64,000 bases of DNA from Schmidtea polychroa (taxonomy: Eukaryota). The stretch covers positions 93,000,001 to 93,064,000 of the forward strand of contig CM097888.1 of the NCBI GenBank assembly GCA_044892525.1, in the 5' to 3' direction. The translations under genes and the position numbers were made by a program. Of the stretch, positions 50,085-62,723 are shown piece after piece. Each line of letters starts with the position of its first letter. Positions within the stretch are counted from its first letter, which is position 1. The notes beneath the pieces were generated by a model, which did not search any database, was not told the DNA's origin, and saw only the letters and a list, made by a program, of their open reading frames with translations.

Positions 50085-53000
50085 TTAATCTTCTGAACCG
50101 AGATCAAATTCAAATATGTGGGCTCCCATGCCAACGACACAAAATAAAAATCTTGATTGATATAAAGGGTGACGAGTGACAGCCATTGTGTGTGGGTCGG
50201 TGACACCGATTGCATGACTGATGTAGCGTATCATTGACAATGCTACCACACCATCATTGATGAGCTTCATCCACAGAATCAGTCGGCCATCGGAACCAAG
50301 GGATGCCAGCCACGTATTGTAATTATCATTATCAGCTTGAGGTAACCATTTAGTTGAGACGGTGCTGCCTAAATGACTAACTGAATGCGTACAGCTGCTG
50401 CTCAGATTCCAATCAGTACCAACCCGATTGATGCTAGCGACTGATACGGATCCATCGTCTCCTCCTACACTGACTAATACGGTGGAACCTGTCGGATTAG
50501 CTGACTGGATATCCATTCCTTGCAGTCCGCTTTTGCCGATTGGCTGGGATTTGTGTTGATATCTCTCGGTATCCGGCGGACCATTCGGGAACCAGTAGAG
50601 CTTGCCATCCGTTGAGCAGGCGATTAGCAATGAGCTAATGAAGGCAACATTGGTAATGCATGATTTGCTGAGCCGATATAGCAACAGCAACTGGGGCCGG
50701 TTGGAACCGGGAGGGAGAGAGAGGAACCTACGGAAAGCGATCAAATGAAAGAATGAATAAAATGATCTCACGTGAGGGAGCCACACGAGCCTGCAACGGC
50801 CACGATTTGTCGGTTGCCATTAGGAACAGCGCAAATATCCATGATGCGGGAATCTGTGTCGACATTAACGAGTTTCGGCAGTAGAGCGCTTGCAACGGCC
50901 CGTAATGAGTAATCGTGAGGGTTCCGCTGCCAGAACATGAGCTGACCTCGGCCTCCAGCTGACACCATGAGGTTATCTGTGATAAGCTCAGTCACACAGC
51001 GCACACTCGAGATGTGACCATGGATCCGCCGCACCGATTGCAAGGCGCACTCGGTTGTCATGGCAACCACTGCCAAACTGCAATCCTCGGACCCGGTCAG
51101 CAGGACAATATCAGCGCCCCTCCCAATGAATGAGCATGAATTGATTTCCTTCCCGTGCAGATGTGGCTAATGATTGGATAAATAACCACACACACACACA
51201 CGTGACAGAATTACCTTGACAACGAGCGGTTGTGCGCATTGATCATGCCAACTGACCACGTGGACTGCCTGAGCCTGAATGAATGCCAATCTAGCACTGC
51301 CCGACCAAACGGAATAATCCCATTCTCTGTGCCCCCCTCCACAGGGCCGCTCAATCAGCACCACCGGATGCTGGCCACTGCCATGAACGGCCAACCGGCG
51401 GAACAGGATCGATTTGAACCCAGTGATGAGTAATCCATCCTCAGATGCCTCGATGCGGCATATCCAGCCAATCATATCGGGATTCCTCACCACAACGACC
51501 TCCTTGTCAAGGCCGCCATTGCCGTCCAATGAGAAAACGTCTCCAGATTTCGTGCCGACATAAATCCGTTGATGCCGATCGTGCCAGAATAGACAGGTGA
51601 TGCCAGATTTCTCACTTAACTTCCTCTTGTTGGTGGCAACGAGTTGGAGCTGCGAGTGAGATTGACCTGCCAATTTGAATGCGTGCAGCCAGCCGTCCCG
51701 ATCACCACATACCAAATGAAGCACTTGCTGGCCAGCTTGGTCTGGGCTCCACCATTGAGTCCAGCATGCGGCCCATTTATCACCAGCTATAGTTGCAAGG
51801 AGAGAGATATTGAACTGATCTGCCCCATGCCTGGCAATGAGCACCTGAAATTATGAATGAATTGACTTGGCCAGTGAATTGGCAACGCTATGATTACCAT
51901 TTGGCCATTGTTGAGTGCCACTATTGCATGGGTGTCGATGGCAGCTCCGATAGCCATGATTTTGTGGCCCAGCTCGAATGTTGCAAGCGTGATAAGATTG
52001 GGCGAGCCGTCAGCAGTGAATTGCAGCCTGGTGACAAACACAATTCCATGTGCATTGCCTAGCAACACGAGTTGCTGTGCGTGATTGGCGTGATGGGAGA
52101 ACATAAAGCAGTAATGATTGAGGAGCCCATTAGCAATGTCACAATTGACACTCTCCATCCGGCATTGCCCTGCTTGCTGGTGGCGCTCCGAGATCAGGTG
52201 GAACTTACCCAGGTCAGTGACAATGAGAATCATTCCCCCATACACACTGATGAGGCGCCTCGGGAAATCCTTGCAATTGCCATCAAACCGGCAAATGCTC
52301 AACCCGGCTGCTTGCTGTCCATCAGGATTCCTAGCGCATTCAGATAGGACAACCGCGCCGTCATTGCCACCGGTAGCAATCAGATATTTGCTGCCACCGC
52401 CACCGCTGCCACCGCCGGCCGGCTTCATCATGACATCCCCGGCCCAAATGCTGCGGCCAGTATGGGGCTGAATGCAAGCCCGACTCGTGCCGTCCCTTGC
52501 CCAGATCCGGAGCGTGCAATCCTCCCCCCACGCCATCACCCCGTCATCCCCAGCCAGACTCAGCCCGCCCCAAACTCTTGCTCCGTGACCAATGAGAACA
52601 GCCGATCTCACCCAATTGACACCAGCCAATGTATTAGCAAGCCTATCAAAGTGGCCTTGTGCCAGCCAGAGAATGACCGAGCGCTCGTCACCCATGGAGA
52701 TGAGCAGGCCGTCACTCCAATTCATGTGAATGCAGAATATCGCTCCCTGAATGATAATAATAATAACAATAATTGATTATCAATCCCCCACAGCCGCGCC
52801 TCATAATATCCCATATATATATACCTTATGGCCAGCCAATCGTGACAGCACTGGCGCCTGCGGTAACAATTGGGTGAAAGGGGGGCTCGGGATCTCCCAG
52901 ATCGTGATTAGATTCTGCACATTGCCACCGGCTAAGAACAATTTGTTGACCAATGCCACTGCCGGATTGCGAAACAAATGGCAACAGTATCTAGAACATT

Positions 53001-53741
53001 CACATCAATTGATCACTTCATATATGGCTGGATATCACTAGATATCACTTACAGCAGCGATTTATCCGATGTGCTCACCTCACCCAGTCCCTCCAATTGC
53101 TGCTTCACCCCTAATCGGAACGAGTAAAATTTGGTCGATCCGTGCGCCAATGAAATGCAGAACTTTATCTCATCCTCCTACATAAATATTATTACGAATC
53201 TACAAGAAATATTATGCCAGCGATTCAATAAGTGCAGCACAAAAAATATTTATAATTAATTTTAAATAAAAAATTTGCCAGTTACAAAGAATTGAAAAGG
53301 CCATAATTACATTACTTGGTGGAAATAAATCATACAAGCCAGGATAAAATCGTCATGGCGCTGAAAGATGTTTGTAAAGTTTATCCTGTATGTAGAGTAA
53401 TCATAAATTACAAATCATCTCGAATTACTTGTTATCAACCAACAAGCAAATGCAGAACACAAATCCACCGTAAATAATCACAATGTTGTCTTTCACTATA
53501 AATTTCATGTTTAATATAATTATTTAATGAATACTATTTACATTCGATTCCATGAATTACTTTTAATTTATTTATAGACAGTACATCTACAACTGTGTTG
53601 CGATTATAATCAAGCAAATTTACTTCGTTACCAGACGCTAAGTTAATTTGTTATTTAAATATATTTTGAAAATTTAAAACCTGATAAAATTTGGCTTGAA
53701 TTAGCTATAAATTTGACGCAAGTTACTGGTAGAAATTTCAT
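50085..53741 (-). CDS. WDR6: WD40-repeat protein 6 (Trm734/Rtt10-like), ~1033 aa
   Basis: Exons 53741-53681, 53637-53542, 53495-53429, 53385-53316, 53177-53053, 52990-52825, 52746-51898, 51844-51215, 51166-50772 and 50727-50085, all GT-AG and phase-consistent (3102 nt). Motifs LPVTCV, GHKGAIF, GDERSV, GHGARVW, WGEDCT, CGGGHREW, LHGKEI, GSEDC and GHISSVR. Confidence 0.92.
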
Positions 53742-53959
53742 TCAAGTATTCGGTAAATTACAGATGAATATTAAAACAAATATTTTACGAAAGGCTTAAT
53801 TTTAATTAAAATTAAATTTAAATTTAAATTGAATTAATCAAAACAAAATTTCACTGCAAGAGAAAATGAAATATTAAAAATAGTTAATCTCCAGTTTATA
53901 AACATAATATTTTATCAGTTTTTATTAATTCTTTTGAAAAATATTTTTCTTATTCTTTC

Positions 53960-54660
53960 AACATTTAGTTTTAGCTAAAGAATCATTCACGAATTGATAT
54001 GAATATATAAATTTCAAATTAATTTTCGAGGCAATCAAAGAAATGAATTTTTCTGTTGTAATATGTATACAGCTTAAAGTCCAGTTTTTAAATTTATTTA
54101 AACCAACCATATTTAAGGATGTGGTACATGCCATATACCTTCCAGTTGTGGAATATGATGGGCAAAATTTTATTAATTTTTTCTAGTTATATTACAATTA
54201 CTACAAGCAGCGCTCAAGTATTTGCCAGGGTTATATACCAGATCTAATAGATCTTTCAAGCAAAAGTAACAATGGATGCAATTTTTAAATTGTTGTTGGA
54301 GTGAACTTATTTATTTTTACTCGACCAATTTTGTAGTAATACAGAAGAAGCTATATCTTCTAGCGCCTTTAAAAACGTTTCTACACAGTCGAGGCCAATA
54401 AATTGTTAGCTTGATTTTGAACCATTGAAATTAATAATAATCCTGCTGAAATAGGTAAAGAAATTCAAAATTGGCGTATATTACAAGCAGAGTGGCTACA
54501 GTTTTGGACCAGTCAGTAAACTTTAAGAATTTATTTTCCGGGAAAGCGTAAAGGGTTGTTCCTAATTCATTTGTTTTACATAGAATTTCGTGTTTTTTGA
54601 ATTTATTTAGTGAAGGGAAACCATTTAAACATCGATTACACCAAGTAACTTTCAATTCTT
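53960..54660 (-). pseudogene. Polinton/Maverick protein-primed PolB N-terminal relic
   Basis: CNRCLNGFPS..KFKKHEILC, FLKFTDWSK...VIYANFE, CYFC...GKYLSAACSNCN, LPIIFHNWKVY and EKFISL...KFIYSYQF. Confidence 0.75.
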
Positions 54661-55349
54661 TCTACGTATGTTCATCAATAATTCATCAACTTTTTTAGAT
54701 TGGTTATAAATCGATATTCTTTTCCATGTTTTATTGATCTTCATAATCTAAAAATAATTTAATTAAAAATAAAATTTACTAGAGTACTTCCAAAAGTTGG
54801 GTGTATGTAAATTGTAATTAATTTTGAAAATGTTCTTTCTAATATATATTATTGTTTGTAGTTTATTGTTATTTGATCTATCAAATATCTTTAAAATTAT
54901 TCTTGATCAATTAAATGTCTTCAAAACACAATCAATTATATAATGGTATCAATATCATCTAATTTAGATGATTGACATATTTAAAAAAGGATTAACTTTC
55001 ATCAAATTACATAATTAAATTCACAAGGACACAAAAATAATCAACAAAATTTATATATCGCCATTCATATATTTAATTCACAGTTTATTTCGATAGCATC
55101 ACTATCATCGTTAGGTTACCTACATACAAGAGGGATGAATACAATATTGATAATTTATATATAAATTATTAAATCTATAAGTTTTAAATTATAAATACTA
55201 ATTTTAAATAATTATTTTAAAACAAACACTCTTTTTGTATTTTTAAAAATTCTTTTAAAAAATATTATTTTGATTTATTTTTTAACATAACTATTATTCA
55301 ATATACATCAACTTAAAAAAACTTAATTAAAAACATTGAACACACACGT

Positions 55350-55800
55350 ATTCACCGCATTCTGCACATTGATTTTCGCATTAAAAGTTCTTATCAATAA
55401 TGCTTCACACTCTCAAAACAATTATCGAAATTTTTGATAAGATTTTAAAATCCGACATTCCTAGTTCTCTCATACAACATTTATTATGATCCTTAATATT
55501 GGATACTCCCTTCGTTCGACAGTGTTTTTGAACTCGAGAACAGAGATGACGGGAAGTCTCTCCAATGTATGTGGCATTGCACCCATTACATATGAATTGG
55601 TAAACGAGATCCGAATACAACCGGCGTTTGAGATTTACTAACAAACACGATTTCAAGCACGATTTCAAAGCAATTCTACAATTCAATTTATCCAGCTGTT
55701 TACCTATCTTTCTTTTGAAATTTTTATATCCATCCGAATACGTCAATATCATCGTATATTTTGGCTCGTCTTGTTTGTAAGTATAAAAACTAATACTCAC
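55350..55800 (-). mobile_element. Penelope-like GIY-YIG endonuclease 3' fragment
   Basis: LVYQFICNGCNATYIGETSRHLCSRVQKH...H..CC...FKIL, then EALLIRTF..INVQ in another frame. Confidence 0.85.
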
Positions 55801-56464
55801 TGCATCATCGACATTTCAGTCAATTTACATTCATGCATATTTATTATTATTCATGCATTTATCAACAGTCTCTTTCAACGTTAACAATAAAAACCGTTTT
55901 GAGTAACTATTCTTCATTACTAATGAACCATCAGTAATTCAACTAATTTATCTACACTATTTTCTGAGTTTTAAAAAGGGAAGATAATCACCATGATTGA
56001 TAAACCAATCCTTTCACCATATTTCTCATACATTTAAATTCACAAAAACTTTCTGGGGTAGTATAGAGACTAGTATCTATTGGTTTTCTATAAATCTCAG
56101 TCTCGTATTGTTCATCTTTTTGTTGAATTACGTTTTAATTATTTACTCTAATTAAACAATTTTTATAAACAATTTTTTTATATATCTCGATATTTGTTTA
56201 ATAAATACAACAATAAGTTTCATTAATGGAAACAACATGGGGACATATAAAATTGAGGATGAATTAAACTTGATAGAATTTAATACACAAACTGCTCAAA
56301 CAATTAGAATACACAGATTGAAATGGTTTATCAATATTATTTGCATCAATTATAAATACTTTTTAACAACTCCATCTTTAATACAAACATCGTTATAATA
56401 ACAAGTTGTTTTTTATTATAAATATTTTCCAAACAATATGTTTATAGTTTCTTCATTGACTTTG

Positions 56465-56750
56465 GCCAAGCCAAGCAGTGTTTTCCACATATTTTTGTCA
56501 TTAGATTTTGATATTGAATTCAATTGTATTCAATTGGCATTGATATCTATTGTAGTTTGTTAGGTAATAAAGGAGGATAATAGAATTGCATAGTATCAAA
56601 TGCATATATTTTGCCTGATTTACCGTAAATGCCAAGCCAATGTTCATCATTGAGATTAGATGATTGAGTATTTTCAATCAGGGATATTTTTAACAACAAT
56701 ATAGGTAATTTTGTCTAACGAAAAAACTCCAAGAAATTCTAATCCCATTA
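56465..56750 (-). pseudogene. Polinton adenain-like cysteine protease relic
   Basis: FLGVFSLDK, LIENTQSS...EHWLGIY, YAFD and QYQNLMTKICGKHCL (H, D, Q, C catalytic layout), with frameshifts. Confidence 0.75.
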
Positions 56751-57384
56751 ATGTTCTACTAATATTTTGTATTTGAATTGAGATAATATTAATAAAATTA
56801 GTTAATTAAGTACCTTACTTCATAATTGAAAAATAATAATTCAAAATATGGTTTATAATTTAAACCAATGAGGTTTGATCAAACCAATACTGTTCGGGTA
56901 GATGCAATTTGAATTTCTTTTTCAAAAACTCAATATACAATTACAGAAACAGATTCAGTAAGTGTTGATGAAAATTTAATATCAGGTCGTAAATTTTCAC
57001 TTTGTGATAACTGACTTTGATGAAGATTGAAATAAGGCGCTAATACAAATGTAAAGTATTAGAAGCTGCTAGAAAATCTTCTAAATTATTTTTTAAATAA
57101 GGTTCATAATAACGTCATAATTCCAAGTATTTATTTAATGATCATATTGTATAATTTTCAAACAAATTTTCATCGTTGAATAAAATATTTCCAAAACCAT
57201 TTATTAAAATTTCGATATTTAAAATATATTTATTTAAAAATTATTTACTAATAATATTTCTTTTAAAAAACTTATCAATATTTTTCAATTTAAAAAATTC
57301 AATATAAAAATTATTTTAAAAGTTATTTTAATAGTCCATTATTTATCATTTAAAATTATTTTAATAAATCATTGAAATATTTAA

Positions 57385-57960
57385 TTCTCAGGTGAAAACA
57401 CCTCGCACAAAGAATGAGTACTTTTTCTTAAAGTCTAACATACTAATACCATAAATCATATTTTTATTAAAATATCCAATATTTCTACCAGGATATTGCA
57501 TATAAATTATACTATAGTCATTCTCAAAATTTTGACTATATCTTTCACGATAATTGCTTTCTTTACTTAAAGTTATTGACCTGACATTAAAGCTATCAAA
57601 CACTGAAAAAGTATCTGATTCACCATATCCTTTCGTAAACGTCTATTTCCAAATATTTGCTCCTTGTAAAAAGATGAAGGTCCAATTGGTAATGAAAATT
57701 TAATAGCTTTGCTTCCTAAAGGATAAAAGATAAATCTCAATAATATCTCACATAAATGTTTTATAAAAAATTGGAACAAAAACGGGAGATGTTTATAAAA
57801 GGTAATAATCAGTGTATATTAATAATAGTCAGCGAAAAGAACGAATATATACAAATTAGTTACTTTTCTACTGGAAATGATTTCTCTCATACAAAATTTA
57901 CTTTCTGTGCCTTAGATAAAAGTTGATAGAAAAGATCGTGAATATATTACTAATCCCAAT
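57385..57960 (-). pseudogene. Probable Polinton major capsid protein relic
   Basis: FDSFNVRSITL...NFENDYSIIYMQ...GISMLDFKKKYSFF resembles the Maverick MCP C-terminal region. It is co-oriented with the protease and PolB relics. Confidence 0.5.
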
Positions 57961-59564
57961 GATTAATACTTTGAGCTCATTTCCAAATTTCAAGAGCAGG
58001 TCCAAAATTTCAACTTAATAATTGGTATCGGATCGGGGGGAGGAAACTACGTGTGGCAGGTGCTATTTAACAGCCTATATATCAAATGATTGGAAACCAA
58101 GGCCCTCCTTTACAAACATTTAGCCTTACTCCCTACAAGGATCACAGGAAAATTAAGCAAACAGTATCACGTAAGAAATTATTGTTTTAATAATTAATGA
58201 AGGGGAGAAATATCGGCGCCGGTAGCAAGAAGTTCTGATGAAAATGACAGGGAAAATCTCATCAAAAATAAATAAACCAAATTGCTTAATTCCCGGCATG
58301 ATAATAATTAATATCCTAGCAATAATATCAAAAATAATAAATAATAATTATTATAATTATAATTGTAATGCTTGCATTCTGCTGCTAGTGAACCACTGGG
58401 ACTGTCGAAATGGAATTATTTTTACAATTTCCATCAAATATCATTTTCTCCTTCGTTTGCACATTTCTTTGCTTCTTGATTCGAGGAAAAATTATCATAA
58501 ATTATTCAGATTCCCGAATTTGCTGCTTGAACGCCTTTATTTCCGTTACAAAGTCATGCGGTATTGCGGTCGTATCGTCTGAAGGTATTGCCAGATCGGT
58601 CGCATTAAGACCCGATCCGATTAGGGAAATATTTTTCTTTAATTAAATAAACAGTTATAATGATGGAAATTCACGTTGAAAAAATATTATTATACTCGTT
58701 TCAGATGCTCAGACATTCGCTTTTCCCCTTTTCACGAATTCCATATTGATATTAATTGCCGATGTCGCCTTNNNNNNNNNNNNNNNNNNNNNNNNNNNNN
58801 NNNNNNNNNNNNNNNNNNNNNNNNNNNNNNNNNNNNNNNNNNNNNNNNNNNNNNNNNNNNNNNNNNNNNNNNNNNNNNNNNNNNNNNNNNNNNNNNNNNN
58901 NNNNNNNNNNNNNNNNNNNNNNNNNNNNNNNNNNNNNNNNNNNNNNNNNNNNNNNNNNNNNNNNNNNNNNNNNNNNNNNNNNNNNNNNNNNNNNNNNNNN
59001 NNNNNNNNNNNNNNNNNNNNNNNNNNNNNNNNNNCTATCTTCCATATTCGTCTTCTCCCGACTTCCTTTGATATATGTAACTTTAAGATAATTTGAGAGA
59101 AAATGTTAGCGACGAGCCGGTTAGATAAAGAATTTAGATGCGTTATGGGGACTTCTTGAGTCAGAAGAGCAGTCTTCATGGGCTTCCTATTTACAACCGT
59201 ATCAAATTTGTTATATATATAATATAAACTGCCCAAAATCCTTCATAAATCAACAATAACTGTCCTGTAACTGGTTCATTAGGGTATCAATTTCACAGTG
59301 GAGATTTGTAATTTATTATATTTCCCCAATAATATTTCATGAATATCCATTTTTGTTTATTTCCCCATACTAATATCCTGGATACAATTACTGTGTAAGA
59401 ATTTGATCACGCTCAATGAACCATATTGAAACCCATGTCAAATGTGTAAAATTGATATGGGGGGGGGGAGTTTCGAAGTTTAAATAAATATTACTTTGTT
59501 ATTCTAAATTAACTTAGGTATTGCAGATTTTATGTTGAAGTATGATTACTAATTCACTAAAGTA

Positions 59565-59890
59565 TTACATACATACATACATACACACACACATAGAATT
59601 CCCCACCTGTAGACCTAGGGTGCTGAAATTTTGCATGTGACCCTCATTTGACTCGGGACAGGTCATAGGCTATGTTTCAATCCCAGGTGACCACCCCTAG
59701 GGTACCCTAACCCTACTCAAGGTCACATTGTGTTACTACAGTAGATACCCCAATGTAGGTGATATTGGCAACAATGTTACAAATAAAAGTTGTAGATCAT
59801 GTTAGGTTTATAAAATAGGATTATTTCAATTTTACATTTGACCCATTTTTTACCGACTGGGTGCCGTTTAAGTTTTACATTTAAATAGAA
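59565..59890. mobile_element. Non-autonomous Helitron/DINE-like repeat with (tac)a/(ca)n microsatellite
   Basis: Microsatellite followed by gctgaaattttgca...aaaagttgtaga motifs typical of such elements. A Helitron helicase relic lies nearby. Confidence 0.35.
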
Positions 59891-60404
59891 AAATTGTTTA
59901 GCCAAATTTCGCCAAAAATGTTAATTTTCCAGATTTCTACATTCCTAATCAAGAATACAAGTTGATTCTCCAAACAAATAAAGACAAAAAAGGTAATTAT
60001 TGAAGTTTTATTTCAAAATACAATTTATTTATGCTCTAAGAATGAATTAAATTATTCTGTTTATTGATGTTATGAAGTGTGAATTAAATAAAACTATTTA
60101 TTTTTGTTAATAAGGATAAGTGAAATTAATCTCTTTAGAATGTTTTTAAGAAGGTTAAATTAAATTAATCTCTTTGGAATATTTTTTAGATTTTACAATC
60201 AATACAAAATATCACTAAACAATCACTAAACCCAAATCCGGCAATATTTTTGTAGGCATTTGGCAATTCTGAATGAAGTTGAGTTTTGAGATTTTGAAAT
60301 TTCAATTAAAACTGAATTTATTTTGTTTTAAATTTTATTGTTTTTTTTGTAAAATTGCCGAGTACTTGAAGTAGGAAATAATAATTTTGAGTTAATTGTT
60401 TTTT

Positions 60405-60545
60405 AAAGCCTGTCATTCCAAGGCCAACACCAAACGATGAGTTGAATGCCTTACTCAAAGCTTCAACTCTGTTGAAACAGGTCAAGAAAATGACTCTGAC
60501 AACCAACACGAGAGTCCATTTACATGGAGATAATGCAACAGGCTA
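60405..60545 (+). mobile_element. Helitron PIF1 helicase fragment
   Basis: PVIPRPTPNDELNALLKASTLLKQVKKMTLTTNTRVHLHGD resembles LPVIPRGT.ADE.NACLK.S.LW..V....LTTNMRVHL.GD. Confidence 0.8.
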
Positions 60546-60712
60546 TAAATATTGAATTAAAAATAAAACAGTTGTTTAAATAATCTTTATTTCAAAAATA
60601 GATTTTTCCTATAGAGTTTTCCTATTTAACTTATTATTTATTTCCAATTTTTATATCATGACCTCGAGTCAACAACATGCGCGTATCCTTAGTGAATATA
60701 ATATGTGAATAT

Positions 60713-60774
60713 AAAATGTTAACTCTTCATTGACATCTGGTGCTTCTATATATTCAATGAAGAGTTAACATTTT
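60713..60774. repeat. Perfect 21-bp inverted repeat with 20-nt loop
   Basis: aaaatgttaactcttcattga (60713-60733) and tcaatgaagagttaacatttt (60754-60774). Confidence 0.9.
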
Positions 60775-61849
60775 GTGCTGCATTGTGAATACCATACAAT
60801 ATCATAAATATCAACCATATTTTGTATGGTAATTAGTAATTAATAATCGCATTTAATAAAACAAAAAGTTATTGGACAATTGGCCTGAAAAATAAATATA
60901 TAAATCATAATTCTTGACTCTCGTTTGTTGGGTTTTTATTTGAAAGTCGGTCCTCTCTCTGACTCCTCGAGTTCTTATTCAAACAAATAACTCGAAACCC
61001 AACACAGAAGAATTTTATTCAATCTTTATCACAATTACAATTTGTCATTGCACCTTTCTTTCCTGATAATTTTCCACTCGTTTACTGATCGCCAGATTTC
61101 TGCTTCTCATCTTTCTTTTTCTCTTCGACCAACTGGCGGCTTGTTCACTTCTGAACTCTCTTTTTATACTGTTTATGAGAGGCCAATTATCTAGAAAATT
61201 GCGCATAATTATTTGCCCGGGAATTCTAAATCAATATGTTTGGGTTTTTTGTTTATTCTAATTTGTTTACCCATGATTGGGGCTCAGAATATTCCTCCTT
61301 TTATCTCACTGCGCATCGGGTTTCCCATGGGCTTGGGCTTCCCATTGGCTCTGGTTTTCAATTACCGATTAATTAATTTTAATTATTTTGTATTTTTTGC
61401 ATTAACTTTCCCTGTGAACACCTTATTAAATTTTCATTATAATTTCTGAACTCGTTTATCAATTTGGCGTTCAACCATACCCGATAACAACGTTCGATAT
61501 TGATTTTTAGTAAATTTTAATTAATTTTTCACTTCTATTGATTTTACTATTATTTGTTATGCTTTCCTTTTATATATGAATTTTTGATTTTTTCGCTAAC
61601 TCCAACACATTTGTTTTATCACTGCTTGATATTGATAAAGCCATCCAATCCAACATACTGGATTAAAGATCAATTTAATCTCATTTATTTCTAGTCCGTT
61701 GATCAGGAGACTTAGATTCGGTTGCCTTGGTAATACTAATGGCCATATAAATCCCTTAAATTTTTATTTAGTTTTTTGCATGTTTTGATTATTTTTATTT
61801 AGTCGTATTTGTTATTAAGCAGTGAATAAAATGATTCAAGTTATATATT

Positions 61850-62210
61850 ATATAAGGGTGGGCACGCATGAGTTCAATGAGAGACATTTTCCGAAAATTT
61901 ATTTTTTAAAGAGCCACCATAGTGAACTACATATTTTTTTTATTTCATTAATTTGATTAAAAAAGACTTAAACGCTATTAAAAACAATTATTTCAAAATT
62001 TAAGTAACAAACATAAAATATAATAAAAATCCATTAATAAAAAGTAATAAAATTTCTTGAATTAACGAAGACTTTTGGTCAAATCTTTGAAATTTGGTGT
62101 ATACTTTGTTAAAGCTGTTCGCAGCAATTCTGTAAGATGCTGATTGGTCAACTGTGAACGATATTTCGATTTCACGAACTTCATTGTGGAGTACAAAGAT
62201 TTTGTTTTTT
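61850..62210 (-). mobile_element. Tc1/mariner-like terminus and C-terminal relic
   Basis: TA plus agggtg-type TIR-like start at ~61852, and a broken frame EISFTVDQSASYRIAANSF. Confidence 0.35.
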
Positions 62211-62677
62211 GAAGTTTTCTGAGGTCATTGTAATAATAAATTTGAATAACTTATATTACTGAAATTTAAACAAAATAATAAAAAGACATAAATTTAATTT
62301 TAATAATTTAAAATTTTAAAATGCTTCATAAAAAATCTTCTTACCAAATTTTTCAAAAAACACGAATAGAAAACTTTACTAAAATATACAAACGACCGCA
62401 ATATTGTACAAACAAAAATACTAACTAATCAAAATTCACTAAATTTCACTAAATTTATTTTCATTGCTTCTCTCTCGTTGTTATAACAAAGCGCCGCCTA
62501 CTACAAAATAATTTTAAAAAGCAGTAAAATGTGAAAAACAATGTTTCGTTAATTTTTAACATTTATGAAAATACAATTGCAACAAAAAATTTTTTTTTAA
62601 AAATTCAGTTGAAAAAATTTCAAAATAAAAAAATCGAATTCAATTTTCAAATTCAATTATCAAAAATTCAATTATCA

Positions 62678-62723
62678 ATGAGCCGCAGTTTACTCAACGA
62701 AGAGCCGCATTTGCCCACCGTTG
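62678..62723. mobile_element. Isolated hAT-like terminus
   Basis: The reverse complement caacggtgggcaaatgcggctc...aactgcggctc resembles hAT TIR plus subterminal gcggctc repeats. No partner end was found. Confidence 0.45.

Noticed and set aside
51230-53041. Several plus-strand ORFs over 51.2-53.0 kb
   Set aside because: They are antisense shadows of GC-rich WDR6 exons.
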